From an uncultured Candidatus Rokubacteria bacterium (GTDB taxonomy: Bacteria; Methylomirabilota; Methylomirabilia; Rokubacteriales; CSP1-6): a DNA stretch of 64,000 bases. Every line of letters starts with the position of its first letter. The first letter of the stretch is position 1. The translations under genes were made by a program, and so were the position numbers. Where the stretch lies: assembly GCA_963789955.1 (NCBI GenBank), contig CAWBMV010000001.1, positions 576,001 through 640,000 of the forward strand. Direction: 5' to 3'. Under the pieces are notes generated by a model that was given only the letters and a program-made list of their open reading frames with translations, did no database searches and had not been told where the DNA came from. Positions 43,733-53,589 of this stretch are shown one piece after another.

Positions 43733-44824
43733 TCACGCTTCGACGTCGACCCACGCGCCGCGCCGCGCCGATTCGAGCGTGGCGTCGAGCACGCTCTGCG
43801 CGCGGAGCCCGTCGACGAGGGACGGCGACGGCGTCTGGCCCGTTCGAATCCCGTGGAGCATGCGCTCGACCAGCGGCGCGATCAGCGCCTTGCCCATGAC
43901 GTCGCTCTGATCGCCGTCGCCGGCCGCGGCCGGCGGCGTCCAGCGCGGGGCCACGACCTGGAAGTCGGCGCCGCCGCGGCTCGCCGATAGCTCGCCTTCG
44001 AACCACCGCGGCCCCTCGCGGGTGAGGCGGTAGCGGAGCGCGCCGCCGTTGCCCCACGCCTCCAGTGACTGGTCGTTCGTCGCGTGCGCGACGCGACTGA
44101 CCGTGAAGGCCACGTGCGCGCCCGAGGCGAGCACGCCCAGCACCGAGCAGTGGTCGTCCGCGTCGGCGGGTCGATTCACGCCGGGGGCCTGGCGCGCGGG
44201 ATACGCGACCCCGGGATCGACGACGACACGCGCGAACTCGCCGAAGTTCCAGCGGATCAGGTCGATGACGTGGACGCCCATGTCGCCCATCGCGCCGTGG
44301 CCGGCCTGGGCGCGGTCCTGCCGCCAGGACGGCGCGGCCTTCTCGTCGGCCAGGCGCGAGCCGAACCAGCGCGCGGCAAGGTTGAAGACGCGCCCGACGA
44401 CGTTCTCGCCCACGGTCGCGTGAAACTGCAGCATCGCGGCGCTGAACCGCCAGTTGAAGGCGGTCATGCCGATGCGGCCGGCCCGCGCCGCCGCGTCCAC
44501 CATCGCCTGCGCCTCGGCGCGTGACATCGCGAGCGGCTTCTCGCAGAGGACGTGGGCGCCCGCCGCGAACGCGCGGAGCGCGATCGCGTGATGGAGAACC
44601 GGCGGTGTGGCGATCACGACGATCTCGGGCCGCGCCTCGTCGATCATCCGTTCCCAGCTCTCGAACACGCGTGGCACGCCGTAACGATCCGCCACCGCTT
44701 TCGCGCCCGCCTGATCGCGCTGGCACACGGCGACCACGCGGCAGCCGTTGGCCTGAAACGCGGGGATGTGGGCGCGGCCGTATCGGAGGCCGATGACACC
44801 GACGGTCGGTTCTTGTGCGCTCAT
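43733..44824 (-). CDS. Gfo/Idh/MocA oxidoreductase
   Basis: HVLCEKPLA, GAMGDMGVHVIDL. Confidence 0.9.
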   Translation of the reverse strand: MSAQEPTVGVIGLRYGRAHIPAFQANGCRVVAVCQRDQAGAKAVADRYGVPRVFESWERMIDEARPEIVVIATPPVLHHAIALRAFAAGAHVLCEKPLAMSRAEAQAMVDAAARAGRIGMTAFNWRFSAAMLQFHATVGENVVGRVFNLAARWFGSRLADEKAAPSWRQDRAQAGHGAMGDMGVHVIDLIRWNFGEFARVVVDPGVAYPARQAPGVNRPADADDHCSVLGVLASGAHVAFTVSRVAHATNDQSLEAWGNGGALRYRLTREGPRWFEGELSASRGGADFQVVAPRWTPPAAAGDGDQSDVMGKALIAPLVERMLHGIRTGQTPSPSLVDGLRAQSVLDATLESARRGAWVDVEA

Positions 44825-45171
44825 GGCGGCATTGTACTGGGCGTGCCACCGTCGTCCAAGACGACGCGACAGCTCAGCAGCGCGCCCCACGTCGCCACCA
44901 GGAACGGCACCAGATAGGTGAGGGGCACCTTCCACATGAGGGCGGCCGGCCACCTCGCGGAGAGCAGCACGTCACCCTGGTTGATGGCCAGCAGCACGGT
45001 GCCGACGAAGGCGGCGATCCCGAGCGAGCGCTTCAACAGGGGCGGGTGTCGCAGCGCGCACCGCCCGCACTTGAGAACGGAGCCGGAGCCCGTCCGGAAC
45101 AGGAAGAAAAATCGGGCGTATGCGCGCCCGCAGGCGTCACACGGGGAGCCGGCCGCCGGCGGCGGATTCAC
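44821..45171 (-). CDS. NrtS-like small membrane protein with N-terminal CxxC/CxxC
   Basis: VGTVLLAINQGD...LTYLVPFLVATWG; CDAC and CGRC. Confidence 0.65.
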   Translation of the reverse strand: MNPPPAAGSPCDACGRAYARFFFLFRTGSGSVLKCGRCALRHPPLLKRSLGIAAFVGTVLLAINQGDVLLSARWPAALMWKVPLTYLVPFLVATWGALLSCRVVLDDGGTPSTMPP

Positions 45172-45304
45172 GCGCCGATTCTAGCGCTCACCGGCGTCTT
45201 AGGGCCTTTCCGACCCCGGTGCCGAACGTGGTATACCGGAATAGCCACCACATGAAGCATCGCGCGATCAACCGCATCGGCATCGAACGCCCCGGAGGTC
45301 TCTC

Positions 45305-45778
45305 GTGACCGGTCTTCGCTTCGGCCAGGCGGCACCGAGCTTCACCTTGCCGTCGAGCGCGGGCGGCGAGGCGTCGCTGGCCGACTTCAAGGGCAAGGAC
45401 GTCGTGCTCGTCTTCTATTGCTACGACTGGGGGGGCATCTGAACGCCCGAGCTCAGCGACCTGGGCCGGGTCGCCGAAGAGATCACGAGGCGGGGCGCCG
45501 CGGTGGTCGCCATCAGCGGTGACAGCCCCTTCTGCCACACGGCCTTCATGAAGGCGCGAAATTTCCCGTTTCCGCTGCTGAGCGACGTGCACCGCGCCGC
45601 GATCCGCGCCTACGGCGTCCTCGACGCCGATCGCAACGTCGCCTACCGCTCGACCTTCGTCGTGGACCGCGACGGCGTGCTGCGCTGGGGCCAGGCCGGG
45701 GATCGCGAGATGATTCGTGACGGAAGCGAGATCCTTCGCGTCCTCGACGTGATCGATGGGCTCCGGCGGAAGCGCTGA
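45305..45778 (+). CDS. Selenocysteine-containing peroxiredoxin-like protein; Sec at TGA 45440-45442
   Basis: GGAGG at 45294; GQAAPSFTL...VVLVFYCYDWGGI-UGA-TPEL...ISGD...FPLLSD...YRSTFVVDRDG, all in one frame (157 codons). Confidence 0.86.
45456..45474 (+). promoter_or_regulatory. Candidate bacterial SECIS hairpin
   Basis: GCGACCTG-GGC-CGGGTCGC, 8 bp (one U-G), starting 13 nt after the UGA. Confidence 0.72.
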
Positions 45779-45786
45779 GTTGGGGC

Positions 45787-46725
45787 ATGAGCCTCCAACC
45801 CCAGGACGTCTTCCGCAAGCTCGCGCAGAACGTCGAGACGGTCATGCGCGGCCAGTCCGGCGCGATCCGTCGATTGCTCGCCGCGTTCGCGAGCGGCGGC
45901 CACGTCCTGCTCGAGGACTATCCCGGCACCGGCAAGACGACCCTCGCGAAGGCGCTCGCGCGGTCGATCGGCGGGCGCTTCAAGCGCATCCAGTTCACGC
46001 CTGATCTCCTGCCGTCGGACATCCTCGGGGTGTCCGTGTTCGACCAGCGCGACCACGCCTTTCACTTCCACGAGGGCCCGGTCTTCACCAACGTGCTGCT
46101 GGCCGACGAGATCAACCGCGCCTCGCCCCGGACGCAGTCGGCGCTCCTGGAGGCGATGGCCGAGAGTCAGGTCTCGGTCGAGGGCAGCTCCTACCGCCTC
46201 TCGGAGCTGTTCTTCGTCATCGCCACGCAGAATCCGGTCGAGTTCCGCGGCACCTATCCGTTGCCCGAGGCGCAGATGGACCGCTTCGCCGTGCAGCTGA
46301 GCCTCGGCTACGTGGCGCCCGAGGACGAGGTGGCGATCCTCTCGGCGCAGGCGGAGCGCCATCCGATCGACACTCTGACGGCGTGCGTCTCGATCGACGA
46401 CGTGCTCATGGTGCGCCGGCGCGCCGCCGGGGTCCGCATGAGCGACGAGCTGAAGCGCTACGCGGTCGACGTCGTGCGCGCGACGCGCGCCGCGAACGGC
46501 ATCCAGCTCGGCGCCAGCCCGCGCGCCTCGCTCGCGCTCATGAAGGCCGCCCAGGCGCTGGCGCTCTCCGAGGGGCGCGAGTTCGTGATCCCGGAGGACG
46601 TCCGGGAAATGGCGGTGCCCGTCATCGCGCATCGCATGGTCGTCGAGCCGCAGGCGCGCTTCGCCGGCGTGACGACGGCCGGGCTCGTCGAGGAGATTCT
46701 CGCGAAAGTCCCGATGCCGTCGTAG
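45787..46725 (+). CDS. MoxR family AAA+ ATPase
   Basis: PGTGKT, RIQFTPDLLPSDI, DEINRA, ATQNP, LPEAQMDRF. Confidence 0.95.
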   Translation: MSLQPQDVFRKLAQNVETVMRGQSGAIRRLLAAFASGGHVLLEDYPGTGKTTLAKALARSIGGRFKRIQFTPDLLPSDILGVSVFDQRDHAFHFHEGPVFTNVLLADEINRASPRTQSALLEAMAESQVSVEGSSYRLSELFFVIATQNPVEFRGTYPLPEAQMDRFAVQLSLGYVAPEDEVAILSAQAERHPIDTLTACVSIDDVLMVRRRAAGVRMSDELKRYAVDVVRATRAANGIQLGASPRASLALMKAAQALALSEGREFVIPEDVREMAVPVIAHRMVVEPQARFAGVTTAGLVEEILAKVPMPS

Positions 46726-46740
46726 CGCACCCATACCGGT

Positions 46741-48067
46741 ATGAAGCGGCTTCTGTATCGCTGGTTCAGCTCCTTCTCGGCGTTCCAGTACCGGCTCGAC
46801 CGGCGCTGCACGCGCGCCGGCTCGCTCGCCCTCGGCGTGCTCGGCGCCGCGATCGTGATCGGCCTCGACACCAATCGCACGGTCGGCTACCAGGTCTTCA
46901 CCCTCGTGCTCGCGCTCGTGATCCTCTCGGCGGCCTCGAGCCTGGTCTTTCGCGGGCGGTTCACGGCGCGCCGGATCCTGCCGCGCTTCGCGTCCGTCGG
47001 CGTGCCGGTGACGTACCGCGTGGCGATCACCAATCAGACGGACCGCCGCCAGGACGGTCTGGTGCTCATCGAGGAGCTCACCGATCCGCGCCCGTCGTTC
47101 GAGGAGTTCGTGACGGCGCGCGAGCCCGGCGAGGAGCGGCGGAACTGGTTCGACCGCCAGGTGGGCTATCCGCGCTGGGCCTGGCTCGTCTCGCAGAAGC
47201 GCGGGGCCGTGATCCCGCCGCGGCCGCTGCCCGCGCTCGCGCCCTCGGGCGAGACCGAGGTGAGCCGTCGAGATCACCCCGCTGCGCCGCGGCCACCTGC
47301 GATTCCGAGGGATCACGATCGCGCGGCCGGATCCGCTGGGGCTGGTCCAGGCGCTCAAGTCGATCGAGCTCTCCCAGTCGCTCCTGATCCTGCCCAAGCG
47401 CTATCCGATGGCGGAGATCCGGATGGCGGGCACCCGCAAGTACCAGCCGGGCGGGGTCGCGCTCGCGTCGACCGTCGGCGACTCCGAGGAGTTCGTGTCC
47501 CTGCGCGACTATCGCTCCGGCGATCCGATGCGGCGCATCCACTGGAAGAGCTACGCCCGCGTCGGCCGGCCGGTCGTGAAGGAGTATCTCGACGAGTTCT
47601 TCGTGCGGCACGCGCTCGTGCTCGACACGTTCACGACCCACCTCGGCGACCCGGTCTTCGAGGAAGCCGTCTCGGTCGCGGCGTCGATCGCGATCTCGAT
47701 GCAGACCCAGGAGTCGCTGCTCGATCTGATGTTCGTCGGGCCCGAAGCCTATTGCTTCACCGCCGGGCGCGGGCTCGCCCACACCGAGCAGCTCCTCGAG
47801 GTGCTGGCGTGCGTGGGCCCGTGCCGCGACAAGCCGTTCCGCTCCCTCCACCACGCCGTGATCGACCGTCTCGATCTGCTGAGCGGCTGCGTCTGCGTGC
47901 TCCTGGGGTGGGACGACGCGCGGCAGGAGCTCATCCGTCATCTGGAAGCGCTCGGCACGCCGACGCGCGTGTTCGTCGTCGGTCAGGGCGCCACGCTGGA
48001 CCGGCTGCCCGATAACGTGCATCGGCTGGAAGTCGGGCGGATCGCCGAGGGGCTCGCGTGCTTGTGA
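46741..48067 (+). CDS. DUF58 domain protein, frameshifted near 47265
   Basis: EFVSLRDYRSGDPMRRIHWK, VVKEY; follows moxR. Confidence 0.88.
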
Positions 48068-50082
48068 CGCCGCCTCCGATGCTGCTCGGCGCCTCGCTCC
48101 TCTTCTGGGGGTGGCAGACCGGGTTTCTGTTCCTCGCGCTGCCGCTGGCGGTGCTGGTCGAGGCCGCGCGGGCCGTCACGTGGCGCCTCGAGCTCTCCGC
48201 GAGCGACTTTCATCGGCTCACCGACCTCTGCACCCTGCTGATCGTCGTCAGCGGCATCTATCTCTTCTCGACCACCGGGACTTCGCGCGCCGCCGCCGCC
48301 GACGGCCCGCGCGCGATGACACTCCTGTTCCAGTGGATGCCGCTCCTGCTGTTTCCGCTGATCGCGAGCCAGCTCTACAGCACGGCCGCGAAGGTCCCGC
48401 TGACGGCGTTTTTCTGGGCGCTCCGGCGTCAGGCGGCGCGCTCGCCGGAGACGCGACCGGGCGTGGTCGATCTCGGCTATCTCTACTTCGCGATCTGCAT
48501 CCTGGCCGCGAGCGCGGCCAATCGGCGCACGCTCGAGTTCTACGCGGGGCTGTGCGTCCTCGCGGGGTGGGCCCTGTGGCCGTGGCGCTCGCGGCGCTTC
48601 TCGCCCCTCTGGTGGGTGCCGATGCTCGGCATCGCGGCCGTCGCCGGGTACGGTGGCCACGTCGCGCTGCACCGGTTCCAGCAGGCGGTCGAGCAGACGG
48701 TGTTCGACTACATCTTCAGCATGGTCCGCGGCGACGCGGATCCGTTTCGCGTGACGACGGCCATCGGCCACCTCGGCCGCTTGAAGCTCTCGGACCGCAC
48801 GATCCTGCGCGTCGAGCCGCGCGACGGACTGCACCTGCCGTTCCTGCTGCGCGAGGTGAGCTACGACGTGTACAACTCGCCGGCGTGGCTCGCCTCGAGC
48901 GCCGGGTTCAGCGCCGTCCAGCCCGAGGCCGACGGTGAGACGTGGAAGTTCTCGACCGGTCACAGCGCGGCCGAGCGGGTCACCGTCTCGGCATACCTGA
49001 ATCGGGGGCGGGGTGTGCTCTCCCTGCCGGGCGGCGCCTTCGAGATCGATCGTCTCGCGGTGGTCGGCGTCAATCGCAACCGGCTCGGCGCGGTGAAGGT
49101 CGAGGAAGGACTCGGGCTCGTCACGTACACGGCGCTCTTCGCGCCCGACGGCCCGCTCGACGGGCCGCCGACCGACGCCGATCTTCACGTCCCGCCGCGG
49201 GAAGCCGAGATCGTCTCCCGAGTCGCGGCGGACCTGCATCTCGCCGGCAGCCCGGCCACCGAGAAAATCGAGACCATCGCCGCCTACTTCCGGCGGAACT
49301 TCCGCTATTCGACCTGGAAGGGTGAGCGCCCGCGGAAGGAGTCGGCGCTCGAGGAGTTCCTGCTGAACTCGCGCGCCGGGCACTGCGAGTACTTCGCCAC
49401 CGCGACGACCTTGCTGCTGCGCGCGGCGGGAGTGCCGGCTCGCTACGCGGTCGGCTTCTCGGTCCAGGAGTGGAGCCGCCTCGAGCAGCGGTACATCGTG
49501 CGCGCACGCCACGCTCACTCGTGGACGCTCGCGTACGTGAACGGCGCCTGGCGCGACGTGGACACCACGCCGCCGGTGTGGGCCGACGCCGACCAGATGT
49601 GAGTCGTCGATCCTGGAGCCCGTGCATGATCTGTGGTCCTTCGCCGGGTTTCTGTTCTCGCGCTGGCGCTGGAGCGAGGAGGACAACGGCATCGGCCGGT
49701 ACGCCGCCTGGCTGCTGATCCCGCTGGTCTTGCTGCTCGTCTGGCGTCTCTATTCGCGCCGGCGCGTGGGCCGCGGCGCGACGGCGCCGCCGCCGGCGCC
49801 CACCTTCGTTCGCCCGGGCCAGGACTCCGAGTTCTATCTGATCGCCGAGCGCCTGCGCGCCGCGGGGCTCGGCCGCCAAGGCAACGAGCCGCCGTCGCGT
49901 GGATCGAGCGAATCCACGCGACGGACCTCGCCCCGATCCTCGACCTCCACTACCGCTATCGCTTCGACCCCGCCGGCCTCAAGCCCACCGAGCGCTCCGC
50001 ACTACGGGCGCAATCGGAGGCATGGCTGCGCGACCACGAGCCGACGGAGACGACCGTGACCGGCGGCCGGGGGGCGGGCTAG
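48058..50082 (+). CDS. Membrane transglutaminase-like protein (TgpA-like), frameshifts near 49600 and 49895
   Basis: N-terminal TMs; GHCEYFATA, HAHSW, DTTP catalytic triad. Confidence 0.87.
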
Positions 50083-50234
50083 GCTCGCGGGCGGGGTCAG
50101 CGCGACCCGTTCCCGTCCAAGCGCACGTCGGTCGTCGCGCGCCCGGATGGAGCCCAGCCGCCGCGGAGCAGCGCACGCGTGCCGCGTGGTCGCGCGACCC
50201 CGCCCGCGAGCCTAGCCCGCCCTCTCGGCCGCCG
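50061..50234. repeat. Long inverted repeat (MITE/REP-like)
   Basis: 27-bp perfect arms 50072-50098 / 50196-50222, extendable to ~46 bp with two bulges. Confidence 0.8.
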
Positions 50235-50271
50235 CCGCAAGCCGCTTCACGATCATGCTAGAGTTGCCGCC

Positions 50272-51405
50272 ATGACATTCCCGCTAGCGACCTCCAGCGT
50301 AGAAGCGCTCGGTCTGGACCCCAAGCCGATCGGCCGTCTCCGCGAGCTGATCACGGCCCACATCGCCGAGGGACGCTACCCCGCGGCGCAGATCGCCGTC
50401 GCGCGACACGGCAAGCTCGGCCTCGTGTGGACGCTCGGCGACGCGCGCCTCGAGCCTCAGCGCGTGCCCGCGCGCGACGAGACGCTCTGGCTGCTGTTCT
50501 CGAACACGAAGGTCATCACCGCGTGCGCGGTGTGGCTCCTGGTCGAGCGCGGCGCGCTGGCGTTCACCGACCGGGTCGCCGATCACGTGCCCGGGTTCGA
50601 GGCCAACGGCAAGGGCGACATCTCGATCATCCAGCTCCTCTCGCACCAGGGCGGCTTCCCGAACGCCGAGGTGCCGAAGGCCGCGTGGGAGGATCACGAG
50701 CTCCTGCGGCGCTCGGTGTGCGGCTTCACGCTCGAGTGGACGCCGGGCTCGCGTGTGGTCTATCACCGCGGCGCCGCGCACTGGGTCGCCGCGGTCCTGA
50801 TCGAGGCGCTCACCAAGACGGACTATCGCGCGTTCATCCGCGAGAACATCGCCGAGCCGCTCGGTCTCGCCGACGAGCTGTTCGTCGGCCTGCCCGATCG
50901 CGTGCACGCGCGCGCGGTCGACATGCACGAGCCGTCTGCCGACGGCGGCGGGCGGCCGGTGCGACGCGGCGAGGAAAGCTCCGCCGAGGCGCGGCGCGCC
51001 GGCTCGCCGGGCGGCGGCGGGTACGCGACCGCGCGCGCGATGGCGGCGTTCTACCAGATGCTGCTCCAGGGCGGCCAGCTCGGCGGCGCGCGGATTCTCT
51101 CGCCGCGGACGATCGCCTACGTCACGCGCAACTACACCGGCGACCGGGTCGACGCCTACATGGGCATGCCGATGCATCGCGGGCTCGGCCCGCACCTGCG
51201 CGGCACCACGGAGACGATTCGCGGCCTCGGCTCGCTCGCGTCGCCGAGAACGTTCGGTCACGGCGGCGTCGGCTCCTCGTATTGCTGGGCCGATCCGGAC
51301 TCCGGGGTCTCGTTCGCGTACCTGACCAACAGCCGCGTGCCCGATCCGTGGCACTCGGCGCGGCTCGATCGCGTCAGCAACCTCGTCCACACCGCGATCG
51401 TGTAG
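50272..51405 (+). CDS. Serine hydrolase, beta-lactamase family
   Basis: FSNTK (SxxK), LLSHQGG, FGHGG, WADP. Confidence 0.88.
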   Translation: MTFPLATSSVEALGLDPKPIGRLRELITAHIAEGRYPAAQIAVARHGKLGLVWTLGDARLEPQRVPARDETLWLLFSNTKVITACAVWLLVERGALAFTDRVADHVPGFEANGKGDISIIQLLSHQGGFPNAEVPKAAWEDHELLRRSVCGFTLEWTPGSRVVYHRGAAHWVAAVLIEALTKTDYRAFIRENIAEPLGLADELFVGLPDRVHARAVDMHEPSADGGGRPVRRGEESSAEARRAGSPGGGGYATARAMAAFYQMLLQGGQLGGARILSPRTIAYVTRNYTGDRVDAYMGMPMHRGLGPHLRGTTETIRGLGSLASPRTFGHGGVGSSYCWADPDSGVSFAYLTNSRVPDPWHSARLDRVSNLVHTAIV

Positions 51406-51417
51406 CGCGCTCCGGCC

Positions 51418-52177
51418 ATGGCGCCGCGCAGGGTGCTCGTGACCGGCATGAGCGGGCTCATCGGCGGCGCGCTCCGCCGCCACCTCGAGGGCACGTACGA
51501 GCTGTCGGCCCTGAACCGGCGGCCGATCCCCGGCGTGAAGTGCCATCAGGGCGACATCGCCGACCTCGACGCCATCGCGCCGGCCTTCGCCGGCATCGAC
51601 ACGGTCGTGCACCTCGCGGCGCGTACCGGCTCGAGCGACGTCGTTCCAGGAGATCCTCCAGGCCAACGTGATCGGCACCTACAACGTCTTCGAGGCCGCC
51701 CGCCGCGCCGGTGTCGGCCGCGTCGTCTACGCGTCGAGCGGCGCGACGGTCAGCGCCTGGGAGCGCGAGCCGCCCTACAGCGCCCTGGTCGCCGGGCGCT
51801 ACGACGAGGCGAAATCGTGGACGACGATGACCCACGAGATGCCGCTGCGACCGGCCGGCCTCTACGGTGCCAGCAAGATCTGGGGCGAGGCAATCGCGCG
51901 TCACTACTCCGACACGTACAATCTGTCGGCGATCTGTGTCCGCATCGGGCGCGTGCTCGCCGCCGACCGTCCGACCTCGGCGCGCGAGTTCTCGGTCTTC
52001 TGCAGTCAGCGCGACGTCGTGCGGATGATCGAGCTGTGCATCACCGCGCCGCCCGCGCTCAAGTTCGACGTCTTTTACGCAGTCTCCGACAATCGCTGGG
52101 GCTACCGCGACCTCGAGCACGCCCGCCGCGTCCTCGGCTTCGAGCCGCGCGACCGGGCGGAGGACTATCGCCGATGA
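51418..52177 (+). CDS. NAD-dependent epimerase/dehydratase (uronate dehydrogenase-like), frameshifted near 51640
   Basis: VTGMSGLIG, YASS, YGASK, VRIG. Confidence 0.85.
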
Positions 52178-53043
52178 TTCGTGACGTCGTCAGCGTCCGT
52201 GACAAGACTCGCATCCACTACCGCCGTCTCGGACAGGGGCCGGGCGTGGTCCTGCTGCACGGCTATCCGCAGACCGGTCACATGTGGCGCAAAGTGATGC
52301 CGGCGCTCGCCGAGCGATTCACCGTCGTGGCGCCCGACCTGCGCGGCTACGGCGACTCCGACCGCCCGATTCGCGGCTACGACAAGCGCACGATGGCGGC
52401 CGACATCGCCGACGTGATCCAGGCGCTCGGCATCGGGCCGGTCGTGCTGATCGGTCACGATCGAGGCGCCCGCGTCGCGCATCGCTTCGCGCTCGACCAT
52501 CCCTCGCTGCTGACGCGGCTCGTGCTGCTCGACATCGCGCCCACGTACGATGTGTTCGCGCGGACCGACCAGGTGAGCGCTCGAGCGCGCTGGCACTGGT
52601 TCTTCCATCAGCTCCCCGACCTGCCGGAAGCGCTCACCGCCGGCCGCGAGGAGATCTATCTGCGCTACATGTACCGGACCTCGGCCTACAATCCCGCGGC
52701 CATCGAGGAAGAGGCGGTCCAGGAATACGTGCGCTGCTTCCGCCAGCCCGGCGCGATGCGCGCCGCGTTCGACGACTATCGCGCGGGCGCGACGATCGAT
52801 CTCGAGCAAGACGGCGCCGATCGCGACAAGAAGGTCGCCGCCCCGACCCTGATCCTGTGGGGTGAGGCCGGCGGCCGCCGGCCTCAGGTGCCCGACATGC
52901 TCGGCGTCTGGAAAGAGCGGTGCGCGCAGGTCGTGGGCCACGCGGTGCCCGGCTCGGGCCACTTCATTCCCGAGGAGCAGCCGGCGGCGGTGATCGAGGC
53001 CGTGCTGCGATTCGCCGGCGACCCGGCGAAGGCCGGTACCTGA
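52174..53043 (+). CDS. Alpha/beta hydrolase, haloacetate (fluoroacetate) dehalogenase-like
   Basis: HGYPQ, DLRGYGDS, GHDRGARVAHRFALDHP, WHWFF, GHFIPEE. Confidence 0.87.
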   Translation: MIRDVVSVRDKTRIHYRRLGQGPGVVLLHGYPQTGHMWRKVMPALAERFTVVAPDLRGYGDSDRPIRGYDKRTMAADIADVIQALGIGPVVLIGHDRGARVAHRFALDHPSLLTRLVLLDIAPTYDVFARTDQVSARARWHWFFHQLPDLPEALTAGREEIYLRYMYRTSAYNPAAIEEEAVQEYVRCFRQPGAMRAAFDDYRAGATIDLEQDGADRDKKVAAPTLILWGEAGGRRPQVPDMLGVWKERCAQVVGHAVPGSGHFIPEEQPAAVIEAVLRFAGDPAKAGT

Positions 53044-53450
53044 TGAAGCTCAAGAAATCGATCGCGCAATGGTTCGACCGCGAGCGGATCTGTCGCGTGG
53101 CCAGCGCGAACTCGCGCGGCATGCCGCATCTCGTCCCGGTGTGCCAGGTGGTGGCGGACGGCAAGATCTACTACGCCTCGGCGGCCGACGGCCGCAAGGC
53201 GTTGAACCTCGTCGAGAACCCGCGGGTCGCGGTGACCGTCGACCTCTACTCCGACGACTGGACGCACATCAAGGGCGCCACCGTGCAGGGCACGGCGCGC
53301 GTCTACGACAGGGGCCCGCGGTTCAGGAAGATCCGCGCGCGCCTGTACCGGAAGTATCCGCACTACTCCCGCGACGCCACGCTCGACGAAAGAGACTCGG
53401 TCATCATCGAAGTGACGCCGATCCGCGTCTTCACCTGGGGCCTGGACTAA
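53043..53450 (+). CDS. Pyridoxamine 5'-phosphate oxidase-like flavin/F420-binding protein
   Basis: GMPHLVPV, KALNLVENPRVAVTVD. Confidence 0.82.
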   Translation: MKLKKSIAQWFDRERICRVASANSRGMPHLVPVCQVVADGKIYYASAADGRKALNLVENPRVAVTVDLYSDDWTHIKGATVQGTARVYDRGPRFRKIRARLYRKYPHYSRDATLDERDSVIIEVTPIRVFTWGLD

Positions 53451-53464
53451 ACCAACCCGCCCAA

Positions 53465-53587
53465 CCGGCGGCTCAAACAGGTCCAGATGCGAGGCGGCGG
53501 CCGAGGCCCGACCGAGGCGTATGCCGCATACGCCGCAGGAAGGGCCGAGGTCGCCAACGAAGCAGATGGGCCTGTTTCAGCCGCCGG
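53465..53587. repeat. 123-nt palindromic intergenic element (REP/MITE-like)
   Basis: 26-nt terminal inverted arms (22/26), nested short arms and a central perfect GGCGTATG-CCG-CATACGCC. Confidence 0.8.
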
Positions 53588-53589
53588 CG

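Noticed and set aside
49600..49602. TGA inside the transglutaminase as a fifth Sec codon
   Set aside because: Read-through hits another TGA within 9 codons, the coding continuation is in a different frame, and it is not a catalytic position; an indel explains it
51418..53043. 541-aa epimerase-dehalogenase fusion ORF
   Set aside because: The middle is out-of-frame sequence; the epimerase ends at 52177, overlapping ATG 52174 with its own GGAGG
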